Assembly: GCA_964016885.1 (NCBI GenBank)
Contig: OZ024756.1
Span: forward strand, 26,474,001 to 26,538,000
DNA: 64,000 nt
Direction of reading: 5' to 3'
From: Eledone cirrhosa
Taxonomy: Eukaryota
Shown here: piece by piece, positions 16,900 to 29,619 of the stretch
Numbering within the stretch: position 1 is the first letter of the stretch
Layout: each line of letters opens with the position of its first letter
Notes under the pieces: model-generated
The model's database searches: none
Told to the model about the DNA's origin: nothing
What the model saw: the letters and a program-made list of their open reading frames with translations, nothing else
Translations under genes and position numbers: made by a program

Positions 16900-18100
16900 A
16901 TCTCAGATTTTCATCATGTCTCCATCGCTTTGACGACCTAGTCGTCGAGAGACTCGAATGCGTGGTCAATGTTAGACTATCTCCAGAGACCATGCAGTCA
17001 GGCTGCCTTGCCCAAGCGATTTGGAGGCCTTGGTCTACGTAAATGCCCCCCCCCCCCCTCTCCCTTGCTTCCATTCCTCCACCCTGGTGGGTAACATTCT
17101 CTCCTTTCCAGCATGGACTAGTTCCAACGGGGAAGTGGATGAAGCTCTTCAACGAGAGAGCTGCGTTTGTCTGTTCCTGGCACGGTAGAGAACAAACGGA
17201 GACAGAAAATTTGGGACAATATACTTTCTCTTCGACTACTCAGAGCAGTTTTTAAGGTGCCGCCTACTGTCTGCTAGCGTCAAATACTCAGGAAGCTGGG
17301 TTGATGCCCTACCCGTGGTCAACACCGGTTATCTACTCAGAGTGGGATACGACGTCTGTTCGGGATTGAAATATCAGTGTGGCAGGCCCCTCGACTACAC
17401 AGGCCTTCACGGTCTATCTTGCCGTCTGAATGTCGGTCGCGCAGAGCTAAACCTCATCATCAAGAGGGCTTAAGCTCGGGCAAACATCCCCTCAATTTTG
17501 GAACCGTCTGGGTTGCCCAGAATTGATGGGAAAAGGCCTGGCGGTCTTACCCTGTGTCCTTGGATAAGAGGCAGGTGTCTTATCTGGGACGTCACAGCCT
17601 GACTCTTTTTCTCCTCACATTTTGAATGCTGTGGTTAGGGCGAGAGCTACAGCTTCCGCAGCCGAACGGAACAACATTCTGAAATACCGAGATCTGTCAG
17701 TTAACTACCCATTCAAGCCTGTGGTCTTCAAGACGTTTGGGGGAGTCGGGTTACTGACTGCGAGGTTCTTGTCATCACTGGCGGCTCGCCAAATCGAGGT
17801 AACTGGTGAAGCTCGTGATGGCACTTGGCTGTTCCAGCGCATCAGCCTGACCATCACCCGAGGTAATGCTGCGAGCGTGCTGGCTTGCCTCAAAAATTAT
17901 TAGAGAGGTTCCAGTGTTCCTTGCGATATTGTTATCTTTTGTTCTGGCACCGGTTCGTTTGCCCACCCCTATCGTTTGCCTTTTGATGTGTGTATTACCA
18001 GCCCAAGATATATGTATTACCAGCTTGTATTTTTTTTTCGTTTTCGTTTTCATTTTTTCCTTTGTAATATTATTTATACAATAGTGAATAAAATTATATA
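16900..18100 (+). mobile_element. Decayed CRE-like non-LTR retrotransposon (Zn knuckle plus PD-(D/E)xK nuclease)
   Basis: [62 protein letters not shown]; stops and frameshifts. Confidence 0.75.
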
Positions 18101-18620
18101 TATGTTGCATGCCTTCAAATTACTTCTCTTGCGATCTTTGTTCTGAGGTTCCGGCTCTAGCGAGGATAGGACTCAAGATTAACACACCCATTCCACCAGC
18201 ATCAACACCACCACCAACAACACCCCCACTGGCACCGTTAACAACAACACTGCCACCACTCTAAGGAATATTATATACTTCTAGTTTGTCATAGTTTACG
18301 CGCTCTATACGGACGTTTAAATTGATTGAATTAATAAATAGCATTTCTGTTTTGTGTTATATTTATATTATTGAATGTACTTTTGATATTTACTTATATG
18401 CTATATTTTAAAGGAAGTGTAAGGTTCACTATATATTACTTGTACAGTAGTTTACTGATTTGGAGAGGAAGAAAGAGACTACGGAGAACTTAGATAGTCA
18501 ATACTGCAGGCCATTTTATCCAATTCTGACCAATTTGTACTAATTCTGACCGTCTAATTCCACACTTCTCTACATATCCACTTGTTTATCTATCCCAATG
18601 TCTATCTATTTATTTATCTG

Positions 18621-18700
<80 letters not shown>

Positions 18701-18709
<9 letters not shown>

Positions 18710-19118
18710 AGATCAAAAGATGGTTAAAGGAGTTCCATGTATTTTATTATGCGCATTTCAAAAACAAACATCATCATGCAATAATATTTGTGTTTTCATC
18801 AGATAAAACAGGAGAACATGATATGAAGGCTAAAAAACACTTGTGGATAGTGCAGTTATGTTGATTTAAAACTGCACTATCCACAAGTGTTTTTTAGCCT
18901 TCATATCATGTTCTCCTGTTTTATCTGATGAAAACACAAATATTATTGCATGATGATGTTTGTTTTTGAAATGCGCATAATAAAATACATGGAACTCCTT
19001 TAACCATCTTTTGATCTTATATATTATGTATACTCCAGTCCTACAAACTGTAGAGTGCTTCTTATCCGATATCTGCATTGCTTTATTGTACTACAATAAA
19101 ACTCACCTCCTACATTAT
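18701..19118 (+). mobile_element. Fold-back PLE-type element family A (arms 18701-18857 and 18870-19026, tail to 19118)
   Basis: 157-bp inverted repeat in (TA)n with a hammerhead in each arm. Confidence 0.85.
18919..18985 (+). ncRNA. Type I hammerhead ribozyme, family A (mirror copy at 18742-18808, minus)
   Basis: UUUUAU CUGAUGA [stem II] GAAA UGCGCA UA AUAAAA; intact core, 6-bp stem I, palindromic stem III. Confidence 0.85.
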
Positions 19119-19133
19119 ATATATATATATATT

Positions 19134-19167
<34 letters not shown>

Positions 19168-19173
19168 CTTCTA

Positions 19174-19222
<49 letters not shown>

Positions 19223-19235
19223 ATCTATCTATCTA

Positions 19236-19285
<50 letters not shown>

Positions 19286-19291
19286 CTTCTA

Positions 19292-19387
<96 letters not shown>

Positions 19388-19396
19388 TATATATAT

Positions 19397-19620
19397 AAAT
19401 GGCTTCTACAGGACTAGAACTGTTTCATTCAAAAGAAATAATCAGGAAAGCAGAAAGGATTTCCTGATGATTTCTTGAAACAGATGAAACAGTTCCAGTC
19501 CTGTAGAAGCCATTTCTATATTAAACATGATGTTTACACTCTACTAATGTATTGAGTACCTTACTTTTTGTGGTTACCCCTGATTAAACCCGGGTCTCAA
19601 ACACAGAAAATTTATTATAT
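19397..19620 (+). mobile_element. Fold-back element family B with hammerhead
   Basis: Arms 19397-19449 and 19460-19515; uuuc CUGAUGA..GAAA cag..cug UA gaag; homologues at 47735-47920, 30250-30335, 42557-42590, 63945-64000. Confidence 0.75.
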
Positions 19621-20246
19621 CTAAATTACTTGGGCAATAAAAACTCATAAATAAAATAAATAAAAATGATGTTGGTGTTGTTGTTATGGACCACCTGGTC
19701 AGCTCGGGTTCAGCAAACATATCATTAAGGTATTCCTGCTATAACAAACTTTTTTTTAAAGGTTTGAGTAAAAGGAGAGACTTGGCTGCTATTTCTAGCA
19801 GGTCAAGCGACCATGGAATAACTCCATGTTTTTTTTATATTGGTAATTATTGATGACAATGTAAATGCAAATCCATGATGATAATAAAAAATATTAATTT
19901 CTAACAATAAATATTTAAAAAAAATCAAATAACTCAATACATTTACCGTGTTTTGAGAGAAGCAGACAATTTTAGTACGAAACTAAGAGAGGAAGTTGAG
20001 TGTTGTGTTGTGATGTTGCAATGATGGACGTAAACGGAGTGAGTTGAGTGAGTCCAACAATATATAAACATAGAGAGATTTCTCTATATATTTGTATATA
20101 TATATATATATACATATATATAGATCTGTGTATGTATATATATATATATAGAGAGAGATCTATATATTTGTGTATACATACACACACGTATATCTATATA
20201 TAAACCCAACATATTGCTTACTGTATAGACAAACTCCTGTTGTGTT

Positions 20247-20333
20247 ATGGCTCAAGCAGAAGTTTTGCCTCTCGACGAAAAAATTGTTGAAATCATTAAC
20301 GACGAAGGATCATCAAACTATATTCCAGCTTTG
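20247..20333 (+). CDS. ASCC2: ASCC2 exon 1
   Basis: MAQAEVLPLDEKIVEIINDEGSSNYIPAL|gtatgt; LPLD...PAL as in the ASCC2 N-terminus. Confidence 0.85.
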
Positions 20334-20777
20334 GTATGTTTAATTCACATCGTCACTTTCCCTCCTTCTAAAAACCCCAATTGCTTTCCCTTCAATTCTA
20401 GCAGTTGACACCTCACGTTCGCAATTATCAACAACACCCATCTCATCAGTCTTGGAAGGCATGTACAAGACAAAGGGACCAACCCTTCCTCCAGCCCCAG
20501 TAATTAAAACAAAATTACTTTATCGTTGATCACAAGGAACCCAGAACAGTGTAGGTGGGTGTCTATACAGAATAAATGAGAGAAGTTAACACTAATAATT
20601 TCTAATTTAGGTACAAAACCAGAAATTTGGTACTTTATTTTGGCTTACTTGTACTTATTTTATCGACTCCCAGAAGGATGAAAGACAAAGTTGTGTTGTC
20701 TGATCCTGTGAGTACACGTGAAACTCCAGAGTAACAAGATTTATCATTTAGACATATATATGAAGTATTTCCGTAGG

Positions 20778-20831
<54 letters not shown>

Positions 20832-20890
20832 ATTTTCTGCTACTGTCCACTCTCCTCTATCTTTCTATATCTTCTTTAATTTCTCATTCT

Positions 20891-21014
20891 TTTTTCTGAT
20901 GAAGAACTAGCGTCCGAAACGTTGAAACTCTTTTCCTACTATATCAAGCGTAAAACTAATAATATATTTCTTCATTGTACTGTGTCGTTTGCCTTGTTAT
21001 TTATATTTGTCTTT

Positions 21015-21018
<4 letters not shown>
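20891..21018 (+). ncRNA. Minimal hammerhead motif in a PLE-type tail (family C; second copy at 33054-33180)
   Basis: CUGAUGA a GAAC uagc GUCC GAAACGUU; two-copy consensus stem II GGAC/GUCC. Confidence 0.65.
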
Positions 21019-21053
<35 letters not shown>

Positions 21054-21206
21054 GAAGGAAGTGTGGTAAGGAACCAGGTGGACCATAACGCACCAGAGTA
21101 CTCGATACTTTGGGTAGTAGAGTGGGTAATAGGAAAAGTTTCTGGACCCCAGAAATAGCCGTCGAAACGGCTTGAGCTCTGCCGTCGCGGTCCTGAACCC
21201 CCCCCC

Positions 21207-21250
<44 letters not shown>

Positions 21251-21987
21251 GTATGTAAAAGGTAAACAGAAATAACAACACAATCGGTACAGTATATGGA
21301 ATGGATATATTAGGTTAACGCTTGATATAGCAAGTATGTGTGTGTGCTCGCGTGCACACTTGTCCTATTTATTTTACTTTCATTATTGAATATTTGAAGT
21401 TTTCCTGTTCCCTATTTAAGTGCTATTTTGTTTCTGGGGGCCCTTGTTAAAAGTGAAACTATTGTCCAGGTTAAAGTGAATGAGGTATTCTTTAAAAAAT
21501 ATATATATTTAAAAGCTTTTTTCAAGGAGCAAAAAGTGAAAATTTATGTATCTGTGAGTCTTTTTCATGGAACTTCTCCCCCAGAAGAGCCTGTTCATGC
21601 CACAACTAAGCAATATTAACTCACTCATTCAACTGCACCAAACAACCAAATCTGGCTCAAAACCTGTCCTTCCTTATACTTGCAGTGAATTATCAAAATT
21701 TCATCTATTCCCATCTCAATACCTTCCACACCAATTAAATCAAAATGTTTTGCTAATTCTCTGATGTTGTATTATCATCATCATCTGTATTTAACCCTTT
21801 AGTATTTAAACTGGCCATATCCGGCCAGAATTCTCTCACTTCTTTCTGTTCAAACCAGCTGTAACTGGCCTCTCATATTTTTCTCAAAATGAATATCAAA
21901 ATCCCGTAGCTTCAATATTATGTGAGATAAAGCCTTTACCATGAAAATTCTCTGATGTTATGTCTGTGCAACATGTTTCTAATTCAG

Positions 21988-22149
21988 GATGGCCACTGGA
22001 TGAAAGATGTGGAGTTTGTCAGCTACCAACATCCACCGTTAGATCTCCAAGATGTTGCTGCCTATGAAGAATGGTTGGAAAGAACACGATTTATCAGTGA
22101 AGACCTTCATTGGCTTCTCACCCAACCACATGATAAATTCTGGAGCCAG
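21988..22149 (+). CDS. ASCC2: ASCC2 exon 2
   Basis: ttcag|...|gtgagt; FVSYQHPP...DLHWLLTQPHDKFWSQ. Confidence 0.95.
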
Positions 22150-22853
22150 GTGAGTGGTGGATATATATTCTAGCCTTTCTTATGGGTTTTCTGGTATCAT
22201 AGCCATTACCTTTTCTTCTCTTCCCCTTTCACTGTCTTCTGATATCATAGCCCTGTATTAATCAATTTACATTTACCTAAGACCCTTATTGGTGAATTGG
22301 CAGAGTCATTAGAACGTCAGATAGAATGCTTTGAGATATTAGTTCCAGCTCTGTGCTCAAAACCTGCAGACGTCAACTTAACTCATTCATCCTTTTGAGG
22401 TTGATTCAATAAAGTAGCAGTCAAATACTGGGTTTGGTTCTTCTATAATTCATTTACTCACTTCCTTTCTGTTACTCTCTTTCTCTCTCTGGAAGAAATC
22501 AGCTGTGTTCAAACCTGGAGAGAGGGGTGGGCTCCACTAGGTTTTAAATGCTTAAGACATGCTAGTGTGCCTATGACTCCATTAGGAGTTGTAAGTTCAT
22601 ACTTAGATACAATCCTAATACTACCTCTCCGACACACCTAAATAACCCTCTCCTCCCCATCCATATTTAACTACAATTATTTAAACTAACCATTAACCAT
22701 GTTATTCCTACCCACATGCTTCTATCACCACTCCTATCATCCTTACACTAATTTATATTACACATGAACATGTATCAATGATGATGATGATATTTAATTA
22801 TCTTATATCTAATTATCTTTCTCTACTGCCACAACTACTACTACTGTTTCAAG

Positions 22854-22912
22854 GTTGTCTTTGATGTGTCGTTACACAGACTTATTGATTCCTACCTGGA
22901 ATCTGCACCCAG
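22854..22912 (+). CDS. ASCC2: ASCC2 exon 3
   Basis: VVFDVSLHRLIDSYLESAPR; AG/GT boundaries. Confidence 0.93.
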
Positions 22913-23528
22913 GTAAATATTTTTAATTATCTCCCTTTCTATTTGGACGTTGTTGTTTAATCCTAGGTTGGTCTTCATCATGCAGCAGGCTTTAACTTGT
23001 TGTTTAACCCTAGGCTGGTCATGTTCAAGCAACAGACCTATAACTTAGTGTTTAATGCTAGGTCAAGCATGATCATGCAACAGACCGATACCTTGTTGTT
23101 ATTATTATTTAGCCTTGGATTGGCAGTATCGGTAGAGCGTCAGACACTATGCTTTGCAGCATAGAGTTATGGCCTTTTACGTTCTGAGTTCAAATCCCAC
23201 CGAGGTTAACTTTGCCTTTCATCCTTATGGGGTCGATAAAATAAAGTACCAGTAATGCACTGATGTAACTGCTGGCCCAAAGTAGAAACAATTACCTTAG
23301 GTCAGTTACATTTAACTTGTTGTGTAACCCTAGGTCAGTCATGATCTAGCAGCAAACCTATAACTTTTTGATATTTGTGTGTGCTTGTTTTATGGAATTT
23401 TGTAATAGTACCAATCAAGTACTGACGTTTATTTAATTGACCTCACACCAAAAGAAAATCTAGCCTTGTATCAAAACTAGACACCATAATTATTATCTGT
23501 ATATATATTTTTGCCTATCGCACATTAG

Positions 23529-23643
23529 ACCGTACGACCCTATATACAACCAGCTGACAGTTGACGCCAGAGAATTACAAAATGAGGTCCATCGTAAAAT
23601 CTTTTTAACCTGTGTCAGAATGGCCACGCATAAAGAATCTAAG
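23529..23643 (+). CDS. ASCC2: ASCC2 exon 4
   Basis: VHRKIFLTCVRMATHKESK; phase-consistent. Confidence 0.93.
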
Positions 23644-24766
23644 GTCAGTCAATAAATCTCAGTTATCTCCCTTTTCTACACTACCTTGGCTCTTCCAGAG
23701 CCTCTCTTACACACACATTTTTGTCTTCACATTGCTCCCCTCTCTCTCTTACACACACATATTTTTGTCTTCACATTGCTTCCCCCTCTCTCTCTTACAC
23801 GCACACATTTTTGTCTTCACATTGCTTCCCCCTCTTTCTCTCCCACACACGCATTTTTGTCTTCATATTTCTTCTCTTTCTCTCTGTCTTCACATGCATT
23901 TTTATTTGCATTATTTTTGCCCTTTTTGTGTTTTGTTAATAAAGTTTATAACGTGGTATCCTTGCATGTCATAAGTGATGACTAAAAAAGTTGGTGTTAG
24001 AAAGGGCATCTGGCTGTAAAACATTGCCTCCAAAAGTCCCATGCAACCCATGTCAACATGCAAAAATCAATGTAAAAACAATGATGATGATGTCCCTGGT
24101 TTTCTGCACTACACGGGGATCAACATAATGACTCAGTGAGAGGAGGAAAGGCTGTGTCAGTTACCATTTTTAGTGCTTCTGTGACTGAAGACTGGGCCTA
24201 AATACATTCTGGACTCTGTTAAAGGTATTCAAAAGACCATGTAGTGGTATTAAACCTGATGGTACAACAGGAACACTTCACACAGTTCCTATCTACCAAA
24301 TTCTACTCACAAGGCACTAGTTGAGCTAAGGTTCTGGTAGAAGGCACTTGCCCAAGGTGCCACACAATAGGATCAAACCCATGAACTCCTGATTATGTGG
24401 TTAGTGACTTATAACTCAACCCTTTCATTACCATACCATATTTTAAATGAAACCCACTGCCTATGGTTTTTAAATAATTTTGAAAATAATAAAATAAAGA
24501 ATTTGGTGAGTATAACTAACTTATTATCAAGCTGGTGTTGAGAATTTAACATAACAAAGGTTCTTACATACAATTATGATAGGAGGTTTTTAGATAAATA
24601 TAAGTACTTTAAAATATACTGTTTTGTATTTTAGAACCAGGGTAGTTTAGTATCAAAAGAACCAAAGGTAGTTTCAGGTGGGTTGGTATCAAGAGTCAAT
24701 TTCATTGCTCAAGTAATGTTTTGAAATATCTGTTTTATTTTTTATTTAATCATATTTTTCCTACAG

Positions 24767-24964
24767 GAAAACTTCTTGACTCCTTTAATCTTTGGTGAAA
24801 TTATCTACAAGAACTTCATCTTTGATATTCCAAAACTGATGGATATGTGTGCACTGTATGGTCAAGGCAATCGACAGTTACTCTCCAGAATGGTCGGAAA
24901 TATATTTAAACAACAACCAAAGTACGAGAATGATTTACGAGAGGTGATTTCCACCGTGTGTGAG
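24767..24964 (+). CDS. ASCC2: ASCC2 exon 5
   Basis: FGEIIYKNFIFDIPKLMDMCALYG..NIFKQQPKY. Confidence 0.95.
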
Positions 24965-25872
24965 GTTTGTATATTTGGAATTTTTTTTTTCATTCGTAGC
25001 TCACACCTCAGCTGCATAGAAACATCATCATTATCACCATCATCATCATTGTTTAACATCTATTTTCCATACTAGCATGGGTTAGACAGGTTCTCGCTTG
25101 CTGAGGCTACTCCTCAGTTGACCACACCCTGCTTATACACTTCATTTTGGCTTGGTTTCTATAGCTCAATGCCCTTCTTAACACCAACCACTTTACAGAG
25201 TGTACTAGGTGCAATTATCGTGTAGATCACCAAAACTAGGGAGGTTGTCATGTCTATGGCAGAGCTAAAGAGTCCTCTTAACCCTTTGTGTCAGTCTATA
25301 ACAATAGTTTCTTATCTAGATATGAAATATGAAGTTGTGGTATTCATGCCTTTAATAAGTAAATTAGTGTATCAAGTAATGTGTTACGGGTCCAGGGTTG
25401 CTTATTCGTCCAGCTTTTGCCTATCTGCCACCTGCGACCCATTCTCTAGCAGAACAGCTCTGCTGAGAAGGAAACTTAGTTATATTACTAAATTCCTCCA
25501 AATTATTTTTGTAAAAATTATTTGAAAATTATCGGCAGTGTCTTCCATTAGAAATATGGTAATGAAAGGATTAAATATGTTTTAAAGTGTTTATATTTAT
25601 CTAAAATCCTACCTTCACACTTTTATGTAGGAACCATTGTTAAATTATATTCCAAACACAACTTTATGAGAAAGTTTATTTATATTACTAAAGCACTTCA
25701 TGTACTTGATTATTTTCTAAATTATTTGAAAGTCATTAGCAGTGTCTTTCATTAAAAACATGATAATAAAAGGAATAGATATGTTTTTTTTGGTTGTTTT
25801 TTGAGGGGTTTTTTTTTGTTCAGATGATTTATGAAAGTCGTTTGTTGTTATGGTGATTGTGATTCTTTTCAG

Positions 25873-26087
25873 GTATTCAATGGAATGCTGACTCAGTGTG
25901 GCCTCGATGAAAACTTGGCCCCAACAAAACTCACTGACCAAAACCCACTGAAACTAAACCACATAACAAGTAATGAGTTTCAAGATATTATTTTCTACCT
26001 AGTTGATGTCAGCTACACACTGTCCAGCTTCCTAGAGATTTACCCTCCTTCTAGAATATATTTCCATGAAGCTAATCTATGCTTGAG
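25873..26087 (+). CDS. ASCC2: ASCC2 exon 6
   Basis: DIIFYLVDVSYTLSSFLEIYP; AG/GT boundaries. Confidence 0.92.
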
Positions 26088-27299
26088 GTAAACTCTATTA
26101 TTGTTTGTAATAAAAAAGAAAAAGAAAATTAAAACATAATTCAAAGTGTTAACGACATGATATGTGGTTAAAGACAAAACATGGATAAGCTTAGAGAAAA
26201 GCTAGATATAAGAGGAATCAGATCTAGTGTGCAAGAGAGAAGACATGCAATGCATGTGGATGATGATTGTTAGGTAAAGAAGTGCCAAGAAATCCTAGTA
26301 GAAAGAAGCTGCAGCAGAGGGAGACCAAAAAAGACCTGGGCTGAAGGGGTGAGAGGAGCTGATTCCAAATTGCTGAAGCTCGCAGAGGAAATGATGAAGG
26401 ACCACAATGAATGGAAGATTGCTGTGATAAAAAAGACCTATCCAACCCATGCAAGCATCGGAAAGCAGACGTAAAATGATCATGATTTCGAATTTGTAGC
26501 TTTTCATAATTTTTGGCAAGTTTTTGTCTGACTGAATGCTTTTCATATCATCAACCACTTTACGGCATATCATCAATCACTTTATCATACCACCAGCATG
26601 AGAAAAGTTGCCTGATGTGACTAAAGAATCATCTCTACTCTATCAGTTTTAATTCAGAGTGATTGCTCTCCTAGACAAGGCTGCCTTTGCTATGGTTTAT
26701 GGAGCCCACATCTACCTAATACAGTCATATTTATTTGGAGTGACTGCTTTCCTAGATGAAATTGTCTTCTTCACATAGATAGAAATTTACATCTGATCAA
26801 TTTCCCTCACAAGTAAAGACATTTGCTACCCATTTGCAGTGGGATCAAACTCCAGATCCCATGATTGTAAAGAGAACTTTAGCCATGTCTGTGTCTACTA
26901 TGTAATAATCATCATCAGCATCATTTTTTAACTTGGGTTTTCACTGTTAGCATAGACCAAGTCAGTACTCAATTAGGGCCACTGACCTCATAGATGGACC
27001 AGGGCCAAGGGCCACATCTCACTCATGTACATTCCTACACTCTACAGAGTGTATTGGGTCCATTTTTTCGTAGCACCAGCATTAGAGGTTCAACCCTTAA
27101 AACAAACTGAAAAGCTCTCGCAACTCTTTGTTTAGTAAGTTTTCTAGAACTGGATGTCCTTCCTAACACCAACTACTGATGTACTGGTTACATTTTATTA
27201 TGGTACCAGCACTAGGTGTTTGGTAAGATGTAATATTCTGCTAGCAATGCCTACCGTTCCTTTATATTCTTATCTGTTGTTTCTCTATATATTTTTCAG

Positions 27300-27374
27300 A
27301 ATAGCCACATTCTATGATTTAATAGTTCCAGCTTTGACTTCAGCTCTAAAAACTAAAGAATTTGAAATGCCAAG
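27300..27374 (+). CDS. ASCC2: ASCC2 exon 7
   Basis: IATFYDLIVPAL; phase 2/2. Confidence 0.88.
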
Positions 27375-27524
27375 GTTTGATATATATTCTTTGTTTTTCA
27401 TTTCCTTTCATATCATCTCAGTAAATGATCAACAGTTCCTCCCTGTCTGTCTGTATGTCTTATTGTATTGTTCTTCACTACATATATATTATGTTCTAAA
27501 ACCAATTTAATAATGAGAAAGTTA

Positions 27525-27963
27525 GTTGTATTAAGAGAGTGTTCAAGTTTATTTGAAGCATGGAATAAGAAAAATAGTCAGTTTGGAAGCCTCCACAATG
27601 CAGTTGGGTAAATCTTGTGGCAACGAAATCCAGTGACAATAGGAGAAGAAAAAGGAAAACAAACGTAAATAAATGTAAATGTAAGGAGAAAATTTTAAAC
27701 AGGATCATACAACCAGCAACGTTCAACAACGTTTTTATTTTCCCTTCAGAAAACCACCCCCGTTGATGGATGCGAATCCAAAATAAAGGGACTAATAAAT
27801 CTTTTAAGGTACACAAACTCTGGCAATCTTCTTCTTTTTCCTCTTTTCTCCTTACACCTTTTACATTTATTTACGTTTGTTTTCCTTTCCCGTCTCCTAT
27901 TGCCCCTGGATTTTGTTGCCACAAGATTTACCCATCTGCATTGTAGAGGCTTCCAAACTGACT
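27525..27963. mobile_element. Fold-back element family D (arms 27576-27692 and 27844-27963)
   Basis: Imperfect inverted repeat; related to 47095-47720; hammerhead-like motif at 27757-27790. Confidence 0.7.
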
Positions 27964-28163
27964 AACTTTTAAGTTGTATTATTAAATCCCTTCAAATTTT
28001 TTATTATTTTGAAAATTATTTGAAAATCATAAGACAATGTCTTTCATTAGAAATATTGTAAAGTGAGGGTTAAAATGTTTATAATTATAATAAAAAAACA
28101 AAACAAACCTTCCATCAAAGTTTTATATAAGAACATTTGTTAAGTTACGTTCCATACTCCAGT

Positions 28164-28387
28164 TTAACCCTTTAGCATTTAAACTGGCCATATCCAGCCA
28201 GAATTCTCTCACTTTTTTCTGTTCAAACTGGCTGTAACTGGTCACTCATACTGATATTAAGGTATTTTTCTCAAAATAAATAATATCAAAATCTCATTAA
28301 TATTATGGGAGATAATTATGTAAGAAAAAGCCTTTACCATGAAAATACAACAGTAAATATAGAGTAATGGAAATGCTAAAGGGTTAA
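28164..28387. mobile_element. piggyBac-type MITE (TTAA ends, CCCTTTAGCATTT TIR)
   Basis: ttaaccctttagcattt...aaatgctaaagggttaa; copies at 31083-31312, 49706-49908, 59739-59953, partial at 21791-21945. Confidence 0.85.
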
Positions 28388-28509
28388 TAATGAGAAAGTT
28401 ATTTTACTAAATCCTTCTAAATGCTTGAATATTTTCAAAATCCTAAGACAATGTGGTAAGGAAAGGATTAAAAAAAGAGTTAAGTTTGTCTCTCCTATGT
28501 ATTTACCAG

Positions 28510-28617
28510 CACCAAGCTATTGCTGAAGAATCGACTATCTCTAGCCAAAAAACAAATGCTGTCTATATTCTATGAAATACTTAACTATTGCTGTATACAG
28601 CCCATTCTTGATAAAAG
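28510..28617 (+). CDS. ASCC2: ASCC2 exon 8
   Basis: RLSLAKKQMLSIFYEILNYCCIQPIL; AG|gtaagt. Confidence 0.9.
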
Positions 28618-28707
28618 GTAAGTTATCTTACTAAACATGTCAACTAACAAACATTGTTATCACCAACATGATGATGACTTGTTGTTTTTGTGTATATGCA
28701 TGAAATA

Positions 28708-28821
28708 GTCTGACCTACTCTGTGTGTGTGTAATTGTCTGACCTACTCTGTGTGTTTGTGTGTGTGTAACTGGCTGACCTACTCTGTGTGTGTGTGTGTG
28801 TGTGACTGGCTGACCTACTGT

Positions 28822-28859
<38 letters not shown>

Positions 28860-29500
28860 CTGGCTGTCCTACTGTGTGTGTTGGTGTGTGTGTGTAACTG
28901 GCTGACCTACTCTGTGTGTGTGTGTGTGTGTAACTGGCTGACCTACTGTGTGTGTTGGTGTGTGTGTAACTGGCTGTCCTACTGTGTGTGTTGGTGTGTG
29001 TGTGTGTGTAACTGGCTGTCCTACTGTGTGTTGGTGTGTGTGTGTAACTGGCTGACCTACTCTGTGTGTTGGTGTGTGTGTGTGTAACTGGCTGACCTAC
29101 TCTGTGTGTATGTATGTAATTCTCTGACCTACTCTGTGTGTGTATGTAATTCTCTGACCTTCTGTGTGTGTGTGTGTGTGTATGTAATTCTCTGACCTAC
29201 TCTGTGTGTGTATGTAATTCTCTGACCTACTCTGTATGTGTGTGTGTATGTAATTCTCTGACCTACTCTCTGTATGTGTGTGTATGTAATTCTCTGACCT
29301 TCTCTGTGTGTGTGTGTATGTAATTCTCTGACCTACTCTGTGTGTGTGTGTATGTAATTCTCTGACCTACCCTGTATGTGTGTGTATGTAATTCTCTGAC
29401 CTTCTCTGTGTGTGTGTATGTAATTCTCTGACCTACTCTGTGTGTGTGTGTATGTAATTCTCTGACCTTCTCTGTATGTGTATGATTGTCTCATCTACTT
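28708..29500. repeat. Minisatellite ctgacctactc(tg)n with two unit variants (aactgg, aattct)
   Basis: Direct inspection; fills most of intron 8. Confidence 0.92.
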
Positions 29501-29538
29501 TGTGTATGTATATATTGATGATGTTGTTCTATTTTCAG

Positions 29539-29619
29539 TTCAAATGATGAGAAACAACAACTGGAAAATTACATTGAGAATTATCTTCACATTTTGTCTT
29601 TAGTTATCTCAGAAAGAAG
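29539..29619 (+). CDS. ASCC2: ASCC2 exon 9
   Basis: YIENYLHILSLVISERR; phase 2/2. Confidence 0.9.
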
